Position numbers and translations under genes: made by a program. Below, in pieces: positions 43,916 through 53,256 of a DNA stretch of 64,000 bases. The notes under the pieces are model-generated. The model made no database searches. It had not been told where the DNA came from and was given only the letters and a program-made list of their open reading frames with translations. The first letter of the stretch is position 1. The number at the start of each line of letters is the position of its first letter. This stretch comes from Pseudomonadota bacterium (lineage in GTDB: Bacteria; Bdellovibrionota_G; JALEGL01; DATDPG01): the NCBI GenBank assembly GCA_043809315.1, contig JAZDDX010000020.1, forward strand, positions 64,001 to 128,000. Reading direction: 5' to 3'.

Positions 43916-46154
43916 TCTCCCAGAGCGTTTCGCGGACGACCGTGTTTTCGCGGAAATAAACCGTTTCTTTGAGTCGATCCTGGCACGACTCGAGAAGCGA
44001 AGTGATCACCCCGTCGACGGATTTAGTGATCGTCTCTTCGTCCTCTTTCTTGGCCAGCGCTCGGAGCCCCTCGGTCCCGACCTTTTGTTCCTTCAGAACA
44101 CGCGCCAAATCGGAATGGATGAGTTTCATCCCTTCCCGGATCCCCGCCTGTTCCTTCTCCGGCGACTCCGCAGACATCTTGAGTTTCTCTTTCCTGTCGA
44201 CCACCTCCTGGAACCGATCGATCGCCTCGCTTGAGCACAAAGCCGCTGCGAACTTGGTGGTCAGCTCCTCGGACGTCAACGCCTTCGGCTCGCTCTTCCC
44301 GCGCTTCACCTTGTCGATCATCCGGATCACCTCTTTTTTCCGGTCGATTGCTTCGTACGCCTGCTCCATCGCGTAGAGGTAGCCGTCCCACGCTTTCCCT
44401 TTCTTGAGAAAGAGGATCATTTTCTTCACCTTCGGGAACGCTTCCGGCCGGATCGACGAGCCATACGTGTCGAGGATCGAGATCGGGTACGGCTTCCCTT
44501 TTTTCAGGTCGGTGGCGATCGCGTCGAACAGTTTCTGGTTGGGTGATTGCACACGGAACTCCACCGGCAGGATCAGATCATCGGAGTTGAACAGGGTTTC
44601 CCGCGACAGAAACCGTTCCTCGTTCTTCGCCGTTTTTTCGGGAAAAGCTCGCGTGGCTAGGACGATCGTTTCAGACGCCGCAACTACCTCTTCCAACGAT
44701 TTCTCGAGAGTCGAAGCGGTGGTCCGCCCGCCGGCCAAACAGAACAGGCCGGCCAGCGCCATCCCCATCCCTTGTCGGAGAAGCCGACCGAATCCCTTTT
44801 TCCCCACGAAGCCCCCTTCCCGTGCACCCACCCGGCCGCGCAAGATCACGGTCTCTGGGGATCCCCGGACCTCCATCCCTTCATAGAGGTTGTAATCGAC
44901 ACGCATGTGGTGAGTCTGAGGATTTTTCGCGCTCATCGTCTTCTCCCGGTTCGGATCGAAAATCACGAGATCAGCGTCACTTCCGACGGCGATCGTTCCT
45001 TTTTTCGGATATAGGCCAAAAAATTTCGCGGCCGCCGTCGATGTGATCTCGATGAACAGGTTGACCGAGATCCGTCCGTCGACGACCCCTTGATAGAGAA
45101 GACTCATCCGGTTCTCCACCCCCGGCCCTCCCCCGGGAATCTTCGTGAAGTCGATCTTCGATCCCTCGACTTTTTCTTTTAGCAGGAAAGGACAGTGGTC
45201 GGTGCCGACGCACTGGATATCGCCATCCGCCAGCCCTTTCCACAGCGCCTCTTGATCCTGTTTCCCTCGGAGCGGAGGGGACAGCACATATTTCGCCGCT
45301 TCCCCTGGGTCTTGATCGTAGAGGGAACGATCTAGGAAAAGATATTGGGGGCAAGTTTCTGTCACGACTTTCAAACCCCGCGTGCGAGCGTGGTGAATTT
45401 CTTCGAGGCCTTCCTTCGACGACAAGTGCACCACGTAAAGGGTTGCTCCTGTCTGCTCGGAAAGGAGGATCATCCGGCGGATGGCATCGGCCTCGGTGGA
45501 GTTCGGCCGGGTCAATGCATGATACTTTGGTGCGGTCTGCTTCTTCTGGAGAGCCTCGACGATCCGTCTCTCGATCTCCGGACCATCTTCGCAATGGAGG
45601 CAGATGACGGAGCCATCTTTCACACTCTGCCGCATCGCCTGTTCGATCACAGAATCGGGCAACATGAGGCGCCCAGGGTAGGCTGTGAAAAACTTAAATG
45701 ATCTCGTTCCGTCGAGAGTCAAGGCTGACATCTCAGGCAAACGCTCGTTCGGAAGGTCGCACACCATCATATGGAAGGCGTAATCAATGACCGCCTTCCC
45801 CTCCGCCTTCCGGCGCCATTCGTCCAACCCCTCCCGTAACGAACGACCTTTTGTCTGCCCGGCGTAGTCGATTACCGTCGTCGTCCCACCGCAGGCAGCG
45901 GCGATCGTCCCAGTCTCAAAGTCATCCGACGAGACGGTGTCGCCGTACGGCATGTCGAAATGGGTGTGAGGATCGATCCCCCCCGGAATCACGAGCTTCC
46001 CGGTCGCGTCGATGGTCAGGTCCGCAGTACGATTCAGCTTGGATCCGATCTTCGCGATCGTCTCCCCTTCCACATAGACATCTGCGGTGAGCGTCTTTTC
46101 GGCCGTAACGACCGTCCCACCCCGGATCAGGAGCGAACTATTCTTGCGCGGCAT
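43896..46154 (-). CDS. hydA: Dihydropyrimidinase/D-hydantoinase, in frame with a ~290-aa unrelated C-terminal region
   Basis: Motifs PGGIDPHTH, SFKFF, LHCED, VVHLS, ETCPQYL, TDHCPF, DADLVIFDP in aa 1-~462. The extension starts MGMALAGLFCLA. Confidence 0.88.
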   Translation of the reverse strand: MPRKNSSLLIRGGTVVTAEKTLTADVYVEGETIAKIGSKLNRTADLTIDATGKLVIPGGIDPHTHFDMPYGDTVSSDDFETGTIAAACGGTTTVIDYAGQTKGRSLREGLDEWRRKAEGKAVIDYAFHMMVCDLPNERLPEMSALTLDGTRSFKFFTAYPGRLMLPDSVIEQAMRQSVKDGSVICLHCEDGPEIERRIVEALQKKQTAPKYHALTRPNSTEADAIRRMILLSEQTGATLYVVHLSSKEGLEEIHHARTRGLKVVTETCPQYLFLDRSLYDQDPGEAAKYVLSPPLRGKQDQEALWKGLADGDIQCVGTDHCPFLLKEKVEGSKIDFTKIPGGGPGVENRMSLLYQGVVDGRISVNLFIEITSTAAAKFFGLYPKKGTIAVGSDADLVIFDPNREKTMSAKNPQTHHMRVDYNLYEGMEVRGSPETVILRGRVGAREGGFVGKKGFGRLLRQGMGMALAGLFCLAGGRTTASTLEKSLEEVVAASETIVLATRAFPEKTAKNEERFLSRETLFNSDDLILPVEFRVQSPNQKLFDAIATDLKKGKPYPISILDTYGSSIRPEAFPKVKKMILFLKKGKAWDGYLYAMEQAYEAIDRKKEVIRMIDKVKRGKSEPKALTSEELTTKFAAALCSSEAIDRFQEVVDRKEKLKMSAESPEKEQAGIREGMKLIHSDLARVLKEQKVGTEGLRALAKKEDEETITKSVDGVITSLLESCQDRLKETVYFRENTVVRETLWEIVREFR

Positions 46155-47145
46155 ACCGATCGACCTCGCGGAGGAGTTTCCGCCTCCTCGGTTCCGGAAG
46201 AAGGCTCGCCTCGAATGAATTCCGGACGAGCGTTACGATCTCGTCGCGCGTCAGTTTCAAAGCCTTCTGCGCGGCAAGGAAGTTCTCGTTCACGTATCCG
46301 CCGAAGTAGGCCGGGTCGTCCGAGTTCACCGTGACTTTGAGCCCCGCTTGAAGCATTTTCCGGAGGTTGTGGTCCTCCATCTTCCGGAACACGCCGAGCT
46401 TCACGTTCGACAGGGGGCATACTGTGAGGGGAATCTTGCGGGTGACTAAGCTGCGGGTGAGCTTCCGATCATCGAGCGACCGGATCCCGTGATCGATCCG
46501 GCGAACCTTGAGGTGTTTGAGCGAGTCCCGGATATACGAAGCCGGCCCCTCCTCTCCCGCATGCGCGAACGTCTCGAAGCCGAGTCTCCGGGCCTCCGTG
46601 AACACCTCCCGGAATTTTACAGGTGGGTGGCCAACCTCGTACGAGTCGAGACCGACCCCGACGATCTTCTTCCGGTGCGGCAACGCGTGACGGAGCGTTT
46701 CCGTCGCTGCTTCTCCGCTTAAGTGACGGAGAAAACAGAGGATGAAGTAACTCGACAGATCGAGCTTCCGCTTGGCTTCCTTCGAAGCCTCCCACAGCCC
46801 TTCGATCACCGCATCGAATGGAACTCCACGATGGACATGCGTTTGCGGGTCAAAGAAGATCTCCGCATGGCGGACATTCTGACTCGCCGCTTTTATGAAA
46901 TATCCCATCGCCAGATCGTAGAAATCCTCCGCGTTCCGTAATACCGATGCCCCTTCGTAATACACATCAAGGAAAGTTCGTAACGAGCCGAAGTGGTACG
47001 CTTTCCGAATCTCGCTCAGGGTCTCATGCCGGATTCTGATCCCGTTCCGTTTCGCCAGACGGAGCATCAACTCCGGCTCAAGACACCCCTCGATGTGCAG
47101 GTGCAATTCGCACTTCGGAATCCGTTTGATGAACTTTTGATCCAA
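46138..47145 (-). CDS. Adenine deaminase (adenosine deaminase superfamily)
   Basis: Motifs PKCELHLHIEG, EIFFDPQTH, AHAGEEG, RIDHG, CPLSN, NSDDPAYFGG. Confidence 0.9.
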   Translation of the reverse strand: MDQKFIKRIPKCELHLHIEGCLEPELMLRLAKRNGIRIRHETLSEIRKAYHFGSLRTFLDVYYEGASVLRNAEDFYDLAMGYFIKAASQNVRHAEIFFDPQTHVHRGVPFDAVIEGLWEASKEAKRKLDLSSYFILCFLRHLSGEAATETLRHALPHRKKIVGVGLDSYEVGHPPVKFREVFTEARRLGFETFAHAGEEGPASYIRDSLKHLKVRRIDHGIRSLDDRKLTRSLVTRKIPLTVCPLSNVKLGVFRKMEDHNLRKMLQAGLKVTVNSDDPAYFGGYVNENFLAAQKALKLTRDEIVTLVRNSFEASLLPEPRRRKLLREVDRYAAQE

Positions 47146-47161
47146 CCCATTCCCCGTGTTC

Positions 47162-48469
47162 TCAATGATACGGATAGAAGACGAAAAACACGAGGGAAGC
47201 CAAGGCCAATACGAGGCGGGGCCAAGTCAGCGCCTTCCACTCCCGTTTTACGAGTTTCAAGAGGGGGTAGAGAATGAAGCCGACCATGATCCCGATCCCG
47301 ATGTTGTAGGTGAAACTCATCAGCATCACGGTCGCAAGGGCAGGCACCGATTCCGAGAAGTCCGAAAAATCGATCTTCCGGACCGCCTCGATCATCAGAA
47401 TCCCAACAAAGATCAGGGCCGGCCCGTAGGCCAACGGCGGGATCGCGGTCACGAGAGGGGAGAAGAATAGAGCGCCTAGGAACAAGACGGCGGTCACGAC
47501 GGCCGAGAACCCACTCCGTCCTCCCGCCTCGACCCCTGCCGCGCTCTCGATATATGCACCCGCCGTCGTCGTCCCGAGCAATGGAGCAAGGGTCGTAGCC
47601 AACGCGTCGGCCAGCATCGGCTTCTCGATCTCCGGGAGGTTCCCTTTCTCGTCCAGGAAGCCGGCCCGGGCGGAGACACCGATCAGCGTCCCCATCGTGT
47701 CGACGAAGTCCATCAGGAAGATCGTCAGGATCACCGGGAAGAATCCCCAGGTCAGCGCCCCCCGAATATCGAGTTGGAATGCGATCGGGGCAAGCGAGGG
47801 AGGCGCGCTGACGATCCCTCCGGGTGCCGGAGCCGCCCCGGTTACGAATGCAACGAACGCCGTCCCGAGAATCCCGATCAAAAGTGCGCCCGGAGTCCGG
47901 AGCTGGTTCAACACGACGATCAGAAGGAAGCCGAGGACCGAGAGAAGAACGCTCCACTGCGCGATCTGCCCGATCTTGACCGGCGCCCCCGGCTCGCCGA
48001 GGGCGACGATCCCGGCCTCATTGAGGCCGATGAACGCAAGGAAGAGACCGATTCCCACGGCAAAACCGTATTTCAGATTCTCGGGAACGGCCTCCGCTAA
48101 GAGGGAACGGAGACGGGAGATCGTGAGAAGTGTGAACAGAATCCCCCCGATGAAGATCGCCCCGAGGGCGGTCTGCCACGAATAACCGAGGACCTTGACC
48201 ACCGTGTAAGCGACGAAGGCGTTTTCCCCCATGTACGGAGCGATCGCGAACGGCCGTTTCGCGTAAACGCCCATCACGAGCGTTCCGACGAACGCCGTCC
48301 AGATCGTGGCGACCATCGACGGCCCTTTCGGGATTCCGGCCGCCTCCAGAATCGCCGGGTTGACGACGATGATGTAGGCGGTCGTCACGAAGGTCGTGAC
48401 CCCTCCCAGGATTTCGCTTTTCCAATTCGTTCGCAGTTCCTGAAAGCGGAAGAATCGGGCGATCATCAT
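47162..48469 (-). CDS. NCS2/AzgA-family purine permease
   Basis: Motifs GGVTTF.T.AYIIVVNP.IL, APYMGENAF, DTMGT, YIESAAGV..GGRSG. Confidence 0.93.
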   Translation of the reverse strand: MMIARFFRFQELRTNWKSEILGGVTTFVTTAYIIVVNPAILEAAGIPKGPSMVATIWTAFVGTLVMGVYAKRPFAIAPYMGENAFVAYTVVKVLGYSWQTALGAIFIGGILFTLLTISRLRSLLAEAVPENLKYGFAVGIGLFLAFIGLNEAGIVALGEPGAPVKIGQIAQWSVLLSVLGFLLIVVLNQLRTPGALLIGILGTAFVAFVTGAAPAPGGIVSAPPSLAPIAFQLDIRGALTWGFFPVILTIFLMDFVDTMGTLIGVSARAGFLDEKGNLPEIEKPMLADALATTLAPLLGTTTAGAYIESAAGVEAGGRSGFSAVVTAVLFLGALFFSPLVTAIPPLAYGPALIFVGILMIEAVRKIDFSDFSESVPALATVMLMSFTYNIGIGIMVGFILYPLLKLVKREWKALTWPRLVLALASLVFFVFYPYH

Positions 48470-48472
48470 GAT

Positions 48473-49822
48473 TTACCTTTCCGAGCGAAGCGATTTCAGG
48501 ACCATTTCGATCCAGTGAGGTGGAAAAACGCCGTCCGCCTCGAAGATCGACCGTTGCTTTTCGAGTCGGTCGGCGACTTCGCCGAAGCTTCGGGGAAGCG
48601 CTTGTGCCTGGCTCTCCTCTTTTCGGACGGAGGCCGCTGTTTTTCGGAGCAATTCATCGATCTTCGGAATCGATCGCGCGGCCGACATCGCCTGGGCGAC
48701 TCCGGCCAGAAGCAGGTAGGGGTGAGCCGAACCGTCCGGCAAACGGAACTCGATCGTCGGGACCGAAACCGCTCTCCCCGAGGCGGTAAATGCGACGGTC
48801 GGAATCCGGATCAGCGCCTTCCGGTTGTTCTGTCCCCATGTGATGAAGCTCGGGGCCTCTTTCCCCTGCCGGAGACGGATGAACGATCCGGGGTTCCGGT
48901 TGCCGAACGCCATGAGCGCCCCGGCATTCTTGACCAGACCGCCGATCAACCACTGAGCCGGTTCCTCCATCGACCCGTCGGGCCGCCGTCCGACGACCCC
49001 ACGCCCTTTCAAGCGGGGCGAGAAGTGGAAATGTAGCCCCGATCCGGCGTGCCCCTCCCGCAAGATCGGATCGAACGTCACGCGGAACCCCATCTGTTGG
49101 GCCAGGTTGCGGAGAACCCATTGGGTGAGAATCACCGCCTCCGCCGCCGCAGGAAGCGGGGCAAGCCCCATCTCGATCTCATGTTGCTCCCAGATGAACC
49201 CTTCGAGATCGGTGGAAGCGACATACCCGACCTCGCTGTGACCGTACTTGATCGGAACGCCGAGATCGGCAAGGAGCGTGAGCGCCTTCCGACGGAACGC
49301 CTGTCCGAAAACGACCGGCGCCGCGGCGTGATACCCGTGCTCATCCGCGACCCGCATGTCGACTTCCGAAGCCCGGTGTCCCAGGAAGAACTCTACCTCC
49401 CCCAATGCGTGAAGATCGACGCCGGTCTCCCCTTTCAACCGCTCGTACGCTTTCCCGAGAATGCTGTCGGGAGATTCCGGCAAGGGAGCGCCGTCCCGCC
49501 CGACATGTCCGCAAAGCACGCAGAGCGTGGGGATCTCTGAAAACGGATCGAGGAACGCTCGATCGAGACGGGGGCGAAGCAACATATCGGACGACTTCGC
49601 CTTGATGCCCGATCCGGAAAAGAGGCTCGAGCCGTCGGCCCGCTCCCCCCCTTCCAGGATGTCGCGCAGATGGCTGGCGTCCCGTGGGGCGAAATCGAGA
49701 ACCTTCACGTTTCCGTCCCCGCCGATATGCATCAGGCTCACGAGGCGGATTTCCCGATCCCGGACGAGACGGATCAGCCGATCGACATCACGTTCCGCTT
49801 GAGCCTTCCTTTTTCGCGCCAC
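48473..49822 (-). CDS. Glutamine synthetase family protein
   Basis: Motifs DGSSL, GEVEFF, HSEVG, QHEIE, AGSGLHFHFS, EAP, NRKALIRIP, IEFRLPD. GTG start with GGAG RBS. Confidence 0.88.
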   Translation of the reverse strand: MARKRKAQAERDVDRLIRLVRDREIRLVSLMHIGGDGNVKVLDFAPRDASHLRDILEGGERADGSSLFSGSGIKAKSSDMLLRPRLDRAFLDPFSEIPTLCVLCGHVGRDGAPLPESPDSILGKAYERLKGETGVDLHALGEVEFFLGHRASEVDMRVADEHGYHAAAPVVFGQAFRRKALTLLADLGVPIKYGHSEVGYVASTDLEGFIWEQHEIEMGLAPLPAAAEAVILTQWVLRNLAQQMGFRVTFDPILREGHAGSGLHFHFSPRLKGRGVVGRRPDGSMEEPAQWLIGGLVKNAGALMAFGNRNPGSFIRLRQGKEAPSFITWGQNNRKALIRIPTVAFTASGRAVSVPTIEFRLPDGSAHPYLLLAGVAQAMSAARSIPKIDELLRKTAASVRKEESQAQALPRSFGEVADRLEKQRSIFEADGVFPPHWIEMVLKSLRSER

Positions 49823-49967
49823 CCGAACCTCCTCTCCGTTTTTCGTATGACAACCGTTTGAAGTCAAAAACCTCGCATGGCGAAAACCGGTGTTCCGTGC
49901 GCAAATCTTGAGCGCTGTTGACGCCTGGCGTTATTCAACAACTTCAACATCTTACACTTCTTACTAC

Positions 49968-49984
49968 TTGGCACGCCTCTGGCA
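49968..49984 (+). promoter_or_regulatory. Sigma54-type -24/-12 promoter
   Basis: TTGGCACGCCTCTGGCA (GG-N10-GC) after an AT-rich tract, 43 nt before an ATG with AGGAGG RBS. Confidence 0.6.
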
Positions 49985-50027
49985 CAGAACAACTCTTTGA
50001 TTACCGGAGAAGGTCAAGGAGGACCCC

Positions 50028-51545
50028 ATGGAAAACCACAAATATGCGCTCGGCACCGTGGCGATCGCGATCACGATCGCATTCACCGGGCCGCTCTCCT
50101 TCGTCTACGCTGACGATGTCTGCAGCGATATGGGACGATTTACCAGGGCCCCTGGATTCTATCCGGATGGAACGGGAAACGATGGGAAGGGGGGTGCACG
50201 GAACGTCGAAACGGAGCAACAACTGATCGCCGACTTTCATCATAAGCATCGCAAGGATATCGCGGAACGCTTTCGCGCCATTCTCCAGCAACCTGACATG
50301 TCGAACTTCCGCAAGACGGCGATCGCCGCGTTCGGAATCGAATGTGACCTGGTGTGCAAGGCGCAGATGAAGAAGGACATGTTGGCCGGGGATCCCCTCG
50401 AAAACACCGCGAACGCTCTCGCCGGCTTGGTTCTCAATTCGCTCCTGATCCTCGGCACCGAGGATATGGGGGGCTACCACGTTGTATCGGATAAAGACCG
50501 GCGCTTCCTCCTGGCGAATTCTGTTTTCAAGGATCAGCGGAAACTGGCCCGGAAGAAAATCCTCGACGACGCGGAGGTCGGCGATCCGGACAAGACGGTC
50601 AAAGCAGTCTTCGACCGGGTCGTTCCGATCATGAAAGAGGTCGTCGTTCAGGCGGTGCCAGATATCGCCTGGAGGGACTGGATGAACAACCGACTTTCAA
50701 ACATTCAGTTCACGGGGACCGACTGCGGCACCTCGGATCAGAAGGAACCCGAGCTTGGCCAACTTCTTCAAGCCAATGCAGGCTACGATCCCGTATCCCA
50801 AACCTTTACGTATTGCCGCGGATTGATCCTGTTGAATTCCAGCGAGTTCTCCATGGCCGGCGTTATCGCCCACGAGCTGGCGCACTCAATTGATCCTTGT
50901 CGAATCGCCCAAGGGCCGGGAAACTACCGCTTCAAGTACCACCAACTCCTCGATCCCAAACTCGCTGCCGCTGATTACCCGATTCCGAACCTGATCCAGT
51001 GTTTGCGGGACGAGCGTTCCGTGCATGCCTACCGCGCGGAAGCCACCAATGAAAAGGGAACTGCTTCCCGGAACATTCTATACGATAGGGCGAAGCCAAT
51101 CAGACCGACGAAGTCGCGTAAGGCGACCTACTCCGTATTCTGCGGAGGTGACGGGCCAACCCAGATGGATCAGATCCCTGAGGCGACTGCCGACTGGTTT
51201 GCCGCAGAGGTGATACCGCGATACATCGAAAAATATCATCCGGATCTGAGTGAGACATTCCTACAACACGGTTATTCGAATTACCTCCGTGGACTTCAGC
51301 CCCTGTTTTCCAGAATCAGTGAGTTCAAGGACCCGACCGATGAGCACCCGCAACTGGAAGACCGAATTGACCGGATCCTGATGGCACAACCCAAGATCCG
51401 GACTCAGCTGGGATGTGGGGAGAAGACAGACGGGGAGCCGCTCTACTGTCCTTCCGAGTTCAAGCCGTCGGACGACAAGCAGGAGATGAATTCAAAATCA
51501 GAAGAACCAAAGGCTGACCAGACCAAAGATCGGGATCAAGATTAG
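50028..51545 (+). CDS. Secreted Cys-rich protein with HExxH zinc-metallopeptidase motif
   Basis: Signal peptide; motifs ANAGY, VIAHELAH, EATADWF and HP...RI (M48-like arrangement). Confidence 0.75.
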   Translation: MENHKYALGTVAIAITIAFTGPLSFVYADDVCSDMGRFTRAPGFYPDGTGNDGKGGARNVETEQQLIADFHHKHRKDIAERFRAILQQPDMSNFRKTAIAAFGIECDLVCKAQMKKDMLAGDPLENTANALAGLVLNSLLILGTEDMGGYHVVSDKDRRFLLANSVFKDQRKLARKKILDDAEVGDPDKTVKAVFDRVVPIMKEVVVQAVPDIAWRDWMNNRLSNIQFTGTDCGTSDQKEPELGQLLQANAGYDPVSQTFTYCRGLILLNSSEFSMAGVIAHELAHSIDPCRIAQGPGNYRFKYHQLLDPKLAAADYPIPNLIQCLRDERSVHAYRAEATNEKGTASRNILYDRAKPIRPTKSRKATYSVFCGGDGPTQMDQIPEATADWFAAEVIPRYIEKYHPDLSETFLQHGYSNYLRGLQPLFSRISEFKDPTDEHPQLEDRIDRILMAQPKIRTQLGCGEKTDGEPLYCPSEFKPSDDKQEMNSKSEEPKADQTKDRDQD

Positions 51546-52760
51546 AGTCGAATAGGCCATGTAACCGAAGAAGTGCGGAACCGGGACCCCCTGCTCCTCG
51601 GCGATCGCCTTCACCATGAAATTGGGACCGTTCCCGATATAAGTCATCGCCCCCATGAAGACCGCGCCACAACTGATCGCACGCAACAGCTCCACTCCCA
51701 CTCCCGCAATTGCAGGAACCGACCCGGCGGCCGCCGTAACTCCCTTCCCGAGGGAGAAGAACGTGAGATAGGTCGGCGCATTATCCAGGAACGAACTTAA
51801 GCCCCCTGTGAGCCAGAAAAACTGCCACGGTTTCGTGACGCCGAGATCGGCCCCTCGAATCTCCAATATTTTCAAGAGAGGCACCATCGTAACGAAGATC
51901 CCGGCGAACAGCACCGCCACCTCGACGATCGGTCCCCAACTGAAGCGGTTGTGTTTCCGCACTGAGCTCTTCGTGAAACGAAGAGAGAGCACGGTCATCG
52001 CGATCATGATGATTTCACGATAGGGCGCCGGAGCCGCCAGAGCGACCGAAAGAAGCACACCAAGGAGAAATACGAAGTTGAGGCGCCCCGAAAGTCGAAG
52101 CGGTGCAATCTCCCTCCGATCCCGCGCAACGGCACGAGCACTTTCTTTCCGATGGGCGATCGTGTCCCAGGCGTAGAAGACCGAGAGAACCAACCCGACA
52201 GAGACCAACCATTCCGGCCAGAGCGTGAGCGTCCAGAAAAACGGAACCCCCCGCAAGTACCCCAAGAAGAGGGGCGGATCGGCCAGCGGCGTCAGACACC
52301 CGCCGATGTTCGAGACTAGAAAAATAAAAAAGACCGGGATGTGTCCGGTATGTTTCCGCTCCGAATTCGTTCGAAGGAGCGGGCGGATCAGGAGCATGCT
52401 GGCTCCGGTCGTCCCCACGAAGTTCGCAAGAATCGCCCCGATCAGAAGGAAGATCGTGTTCACCTTCGGCGTCGCTTCAATATCTCCGGTGAGGGAGATC
52501 CCCCCGGAGATCACAAACAACGACCCCAGCAGAACGATGAACGACACGTACTCCTCCGCCGTCCGACCTAATTCCAAGGGTAAGTTCACCACGAGCCAAA
52601 GCGCGGCCGGCAGGCTTAGGAGCACGACAACCCACCCCTTATTCCGGTTCTTGTGCCAAAACCTCGGCCAAGCGAGGGGCGCAATGGCAATCGCCAGAAG
52701 AAGAATGACGAACGGAAAACAGGCCAAGAAAGGAATCGAGGGCATGCTTACGTTCCCCAA
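51498..52760 (-). CDS. Ion-transporter superfamily membrane protein (putative Na+/H+ antiporter)
   Basis: Motifs GTTGASMLLIRP, SNIGG.LTPLADPPLFLG, SSFLDNAPTY, TYIGNGPN. Start may be 52745. Confidence 0.85.
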   Translation of the reverse strand: MGNVSMPSIPFLACFPFVILLLAIAIAPLAWPRFWHKNRNKGWVVVLLSLPAALWLVVNLPLELGRTAEEYVSFIVLLGSLFVISGGISLTGDIEATPKVNTIFLLIGAILANFVGTTGASMLLIRPLLRTNSERKHTGHIPVFFIFLVSNIGGCLTPLADPPLFLGYLRGVPFFWTLTLWPEWLVSVGLVLSVFYAWDTIAHRKESARAVARDRREIAPLRLSGRLNFVFLLGVLLSVALAAPAPYREIIMIAMTVLSLRFTKSSVRKHNRFSWGPIVEVAVLFAGIFVTMVPLLKILEIRGADLGVTKPWQFFWLTGGLSSFLDNAPTYLTFFSLGKGVTAAAGSVPAIAGVGVELLRAISCGAVFMGAMTYIGNGPNFMVKAIAEEQGVPVPHFFGYMAYSTLILIPIFGLVSLWFF

Positions 52761-53245
52761 ATGCAGGTCACCTCACCCCAATAGATTCGGTGGTAATCTT
52801 TCGCGGGGTAGATCCCCGCGACCTCATGGGCGATGAACTTTCCAGGATCGAAATCCTGGTACGCCATGACACGGCACTCGAACGAGAGGCGGGCTTCCCG
52901 GATGTGCGGAACCGCGATCGTCTCGCTCCTCTCCGGATTCAGTCCGGCCGCTTTCCATTTGTCGGAATCACGTCCGCTCGTCGAACCGCAGAGATCGAGC
53001 TTTTCGCGAAACGATTCCGGGAGAAAATTGAGCGTGAACTCCTCGCTCTCGTTCAGAAGTCCGTAGGTATACCGAGTCGGCCGTACATAAACCGTGACCG
53101 CCGGTTTGTTCCAGAGCGTCCCGAACCCGCCCCACGAAACCGTCATCGGATTCGGGCTTCCTTTCCCAGACACGAGAAGAGCCCACTCCTCGTCCAGGAG
53201 ATGAAATGGACGGACTGAAAGTTCTGCCGGATCGATCTTCCGCAT
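52748..53245 (-). CDS. Flavin reductase/flavoredoxin family protein
   Basis: Motifs NPMTVSWGG, VRPTRYT, CGSTSGRDSDK, FECRV, H.IYWGEV. Confidence 0.88.
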   Translation of the reverse strand: MRKIDPAELSVRPFHLLDEEWALLVSGKGSPNPMTVSWGGFGTLWNKPAVTVYVRPTRYTYGLLNESEEFTLNFLPESFREKLDLCGSTSGRDSDKWKAAGLNPERSETIAVPHIREARLSFECRVMAYQDFDPGKFIAHEVAGIYPAKDYHRIYWGEVTCIWGT

Positions 53246-53256
53246 ACGCGCCCCCT

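Noticed and set aside
35633-46154. Reading the ATCase-like, DHOD-like and amidohydrolase genes as a pyrimidine biosynthesis (pyrBCD) cluster
   Set aside because: Aspartate-binding motifs are missing, the amidohydrolase is hydantoinase-type, and the context is catabolic (carbamate kinase, ssnA).
49864-49895. Possible displaced antiporter tail (PVFAMRGF*) and similar possible AKR tail near 20275-20307
   Set aside because: Similarity is too short and weak to distinguish from chance without orthologues.
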